Origin: Ramazzottius varieornatus
Lineage: Eukaryota > Animalia > Tardigrada
Length of the DNA: 64,000 nt
Direction of reading: 5' to 3'
NCBI GenBank assembly: GCA_001949185.1
Contig: BDGG01000007.1
Location: forward strand, 124,001-188,000
Position 1 is the first letter of the stretch; each line of letters begins with the position of its first letter. Below are positions 62,821-64,000 of the stretch, piece by piece. The translations under genes were made by a program, and so were the position numbers. The notes beneath the pieces are model-generated. The model worked only from the letters and a program-made list of their open reading frames with translations, ran no database searches and was not told where the DNA came from.

Positions 62821-64000
62821 AGCGTCCACAGGTAATTTTCAATGTTACCTGCCTAAGTCTCGTACGTCGGTCATCAGAAGCGTGGAATATCGCTTCGGGT
62901 TGATCGGGTCGTTGAAGTCATCTCCACGAGCCGCTTTCGGGGCGAACAGCGGAAACGTCCGATTGTAGAAATTCCGGTACCAATTCGGGTAGGACACGTT
63001 CTGGTCGAAGTATATCGCACTGGCGTTGATGGAAGAAACAGCAGCCACATCCGCCAAGAGCGAGAGGTAATAATACATCAAGCCGGCTTCTTCGGCGTCT
63101 TCGGCATTGCGGAAGAGGAAGCTGTAGAAGAAGGCGCGATTGAGTGCAATGTTGTGAATTTGAGCCAGGTTGGTGCGGTTACGGTATAATGGGTCAAGAT
63201 ACAGGTCCTTGATATCGGGAAGATGGGAGATGGCGTCCAGGGGAATGAAGAGCTCATGGCGAGGGCGACCCTCGCAGTTGGCGCCGCTGATGGACCGGAA
63301 GCGCGTTAGAATCTCGTCGAAACGGTCTGGTGGCTGGTGCTTGAATTGTCCTGCAACAAAATGAAGATGGACAACGAATGTCAAAATTAGATCATCAAGT
63401 AACTGCATCTCAAAATGTATTTACTATGGAAGGCTGAAGTAAAAGCTTTACTTTAGGCCGTCAGAAGTACGAGGAACCGCAACATCGCAAGTATGCACAT
63501 GACCTTCACCGGTCAGTTCAAAAGCGGCCCCGTCTTGATGGTTCAAAATCATGCAAAACATCGACAGTCGACGGCTCCACCCAACCAGTCCTCGTGTAGA
63601 CGACGCATTATCAGGATACTCGTTCAAGTTTCGAAAGAGCTTTGTTTTGAATTTGTGCCGAACACGTCCTCCTCGAAAGTTTGTCGATTCCCGTCCCAAA
63701 AAATAACGGTTCGCCATGTATTCCCGCCGGGTTCATAGACGACGCTTTTGTCTCGAGTTAAACGCTGCGTTTTCGTTGTCTCTACGACGTTATTTGGGCG
63801 TGAACTGGGCGTGTTTTAATTTTACGCTCATTTCACGCTAAAAAAATCCGGCAACTTTTGAAATTTTTCACGAACTTTTTTTGGAGTCAGCGGGAACCGC
63901 GAACTGGCTGGGGCGGGTTAATATCCATACTGCAATTGAACTTATTTCGTGGCTCAACGTGGTGATCGAGGCACCTACGCCTCCCGATGACAGAGACTCT

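Larger units (their letters stand above)
59831..63485 (-). pseudogene. GPR158/GPR179-ectodomain-like (Cache-type) invertebrate protein, disrupted; exons 63485-63425, 63350-62853, 62603-62285, 59960-59831
   Basis: NRTNLAQIHNIALNRAFFYS, INASAIYFD, FAPKA, NEWF, WSPPYFDCGRTNKWLV, VDVNQCP..AGTDRC. The candidate signal exon contains an in-frame TAA, and no further exon was found after 59831. Confidence 0.75.

Noticed and set aside
1-64000. Prokaryotic operon or defence-system reading of the ORF track (for example RT + recombinase as a retron or DGR)
   Set aside because: Genes are split by spliceosomal introns and include YJU2, syntaxin and CDK. The RT and YR belong to a DIRS-order retrotransposon.

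Overview
Compact, intron-rich animal genomic DNA with many 50-100 nt GT-AG introns, so most ORF-track calls are exon fragments or antisense shadows. The organism is probably a tardigrade; this is inferred from gene style and composition, not proven. Host genes reconstructed by hand-splicing: a small thaumatin-like protein, a GT11 alpha-1,2-fucosyltransferase, a 9-exon Cys/Tyr-rich secreted protein, a DUF3105/TP53I13-like protein, a signal-peptide + MATH-domain protein, a syntaxin-1-like gene with a long post-TM tail, a tandem kinase-pseudokinase, a divergent CDK1/2 (PATTLRE) with an ABBA-like N-terminal motif, YJU2/CCDC94, ERV1/GFER, four tandem SUEL-lectin-like paralogues and a broken GPR158/179-ectodomain-like gene. 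Mobile DNA is abundant. A decayed Ngaro-type tyrosine-recombinase retroelement (15202-19331) has short inverted termini and a GTA duplication, and an internally deleted derivative lies at 3964-4230. An 8-kb nest of eight hAT elements (40904-48884) contains two 8-bp target sites that were each used twice by different families. There are also two truncated hAT transposases and several MITEs. No rRNA, tRNA or CRISPR array was seen.
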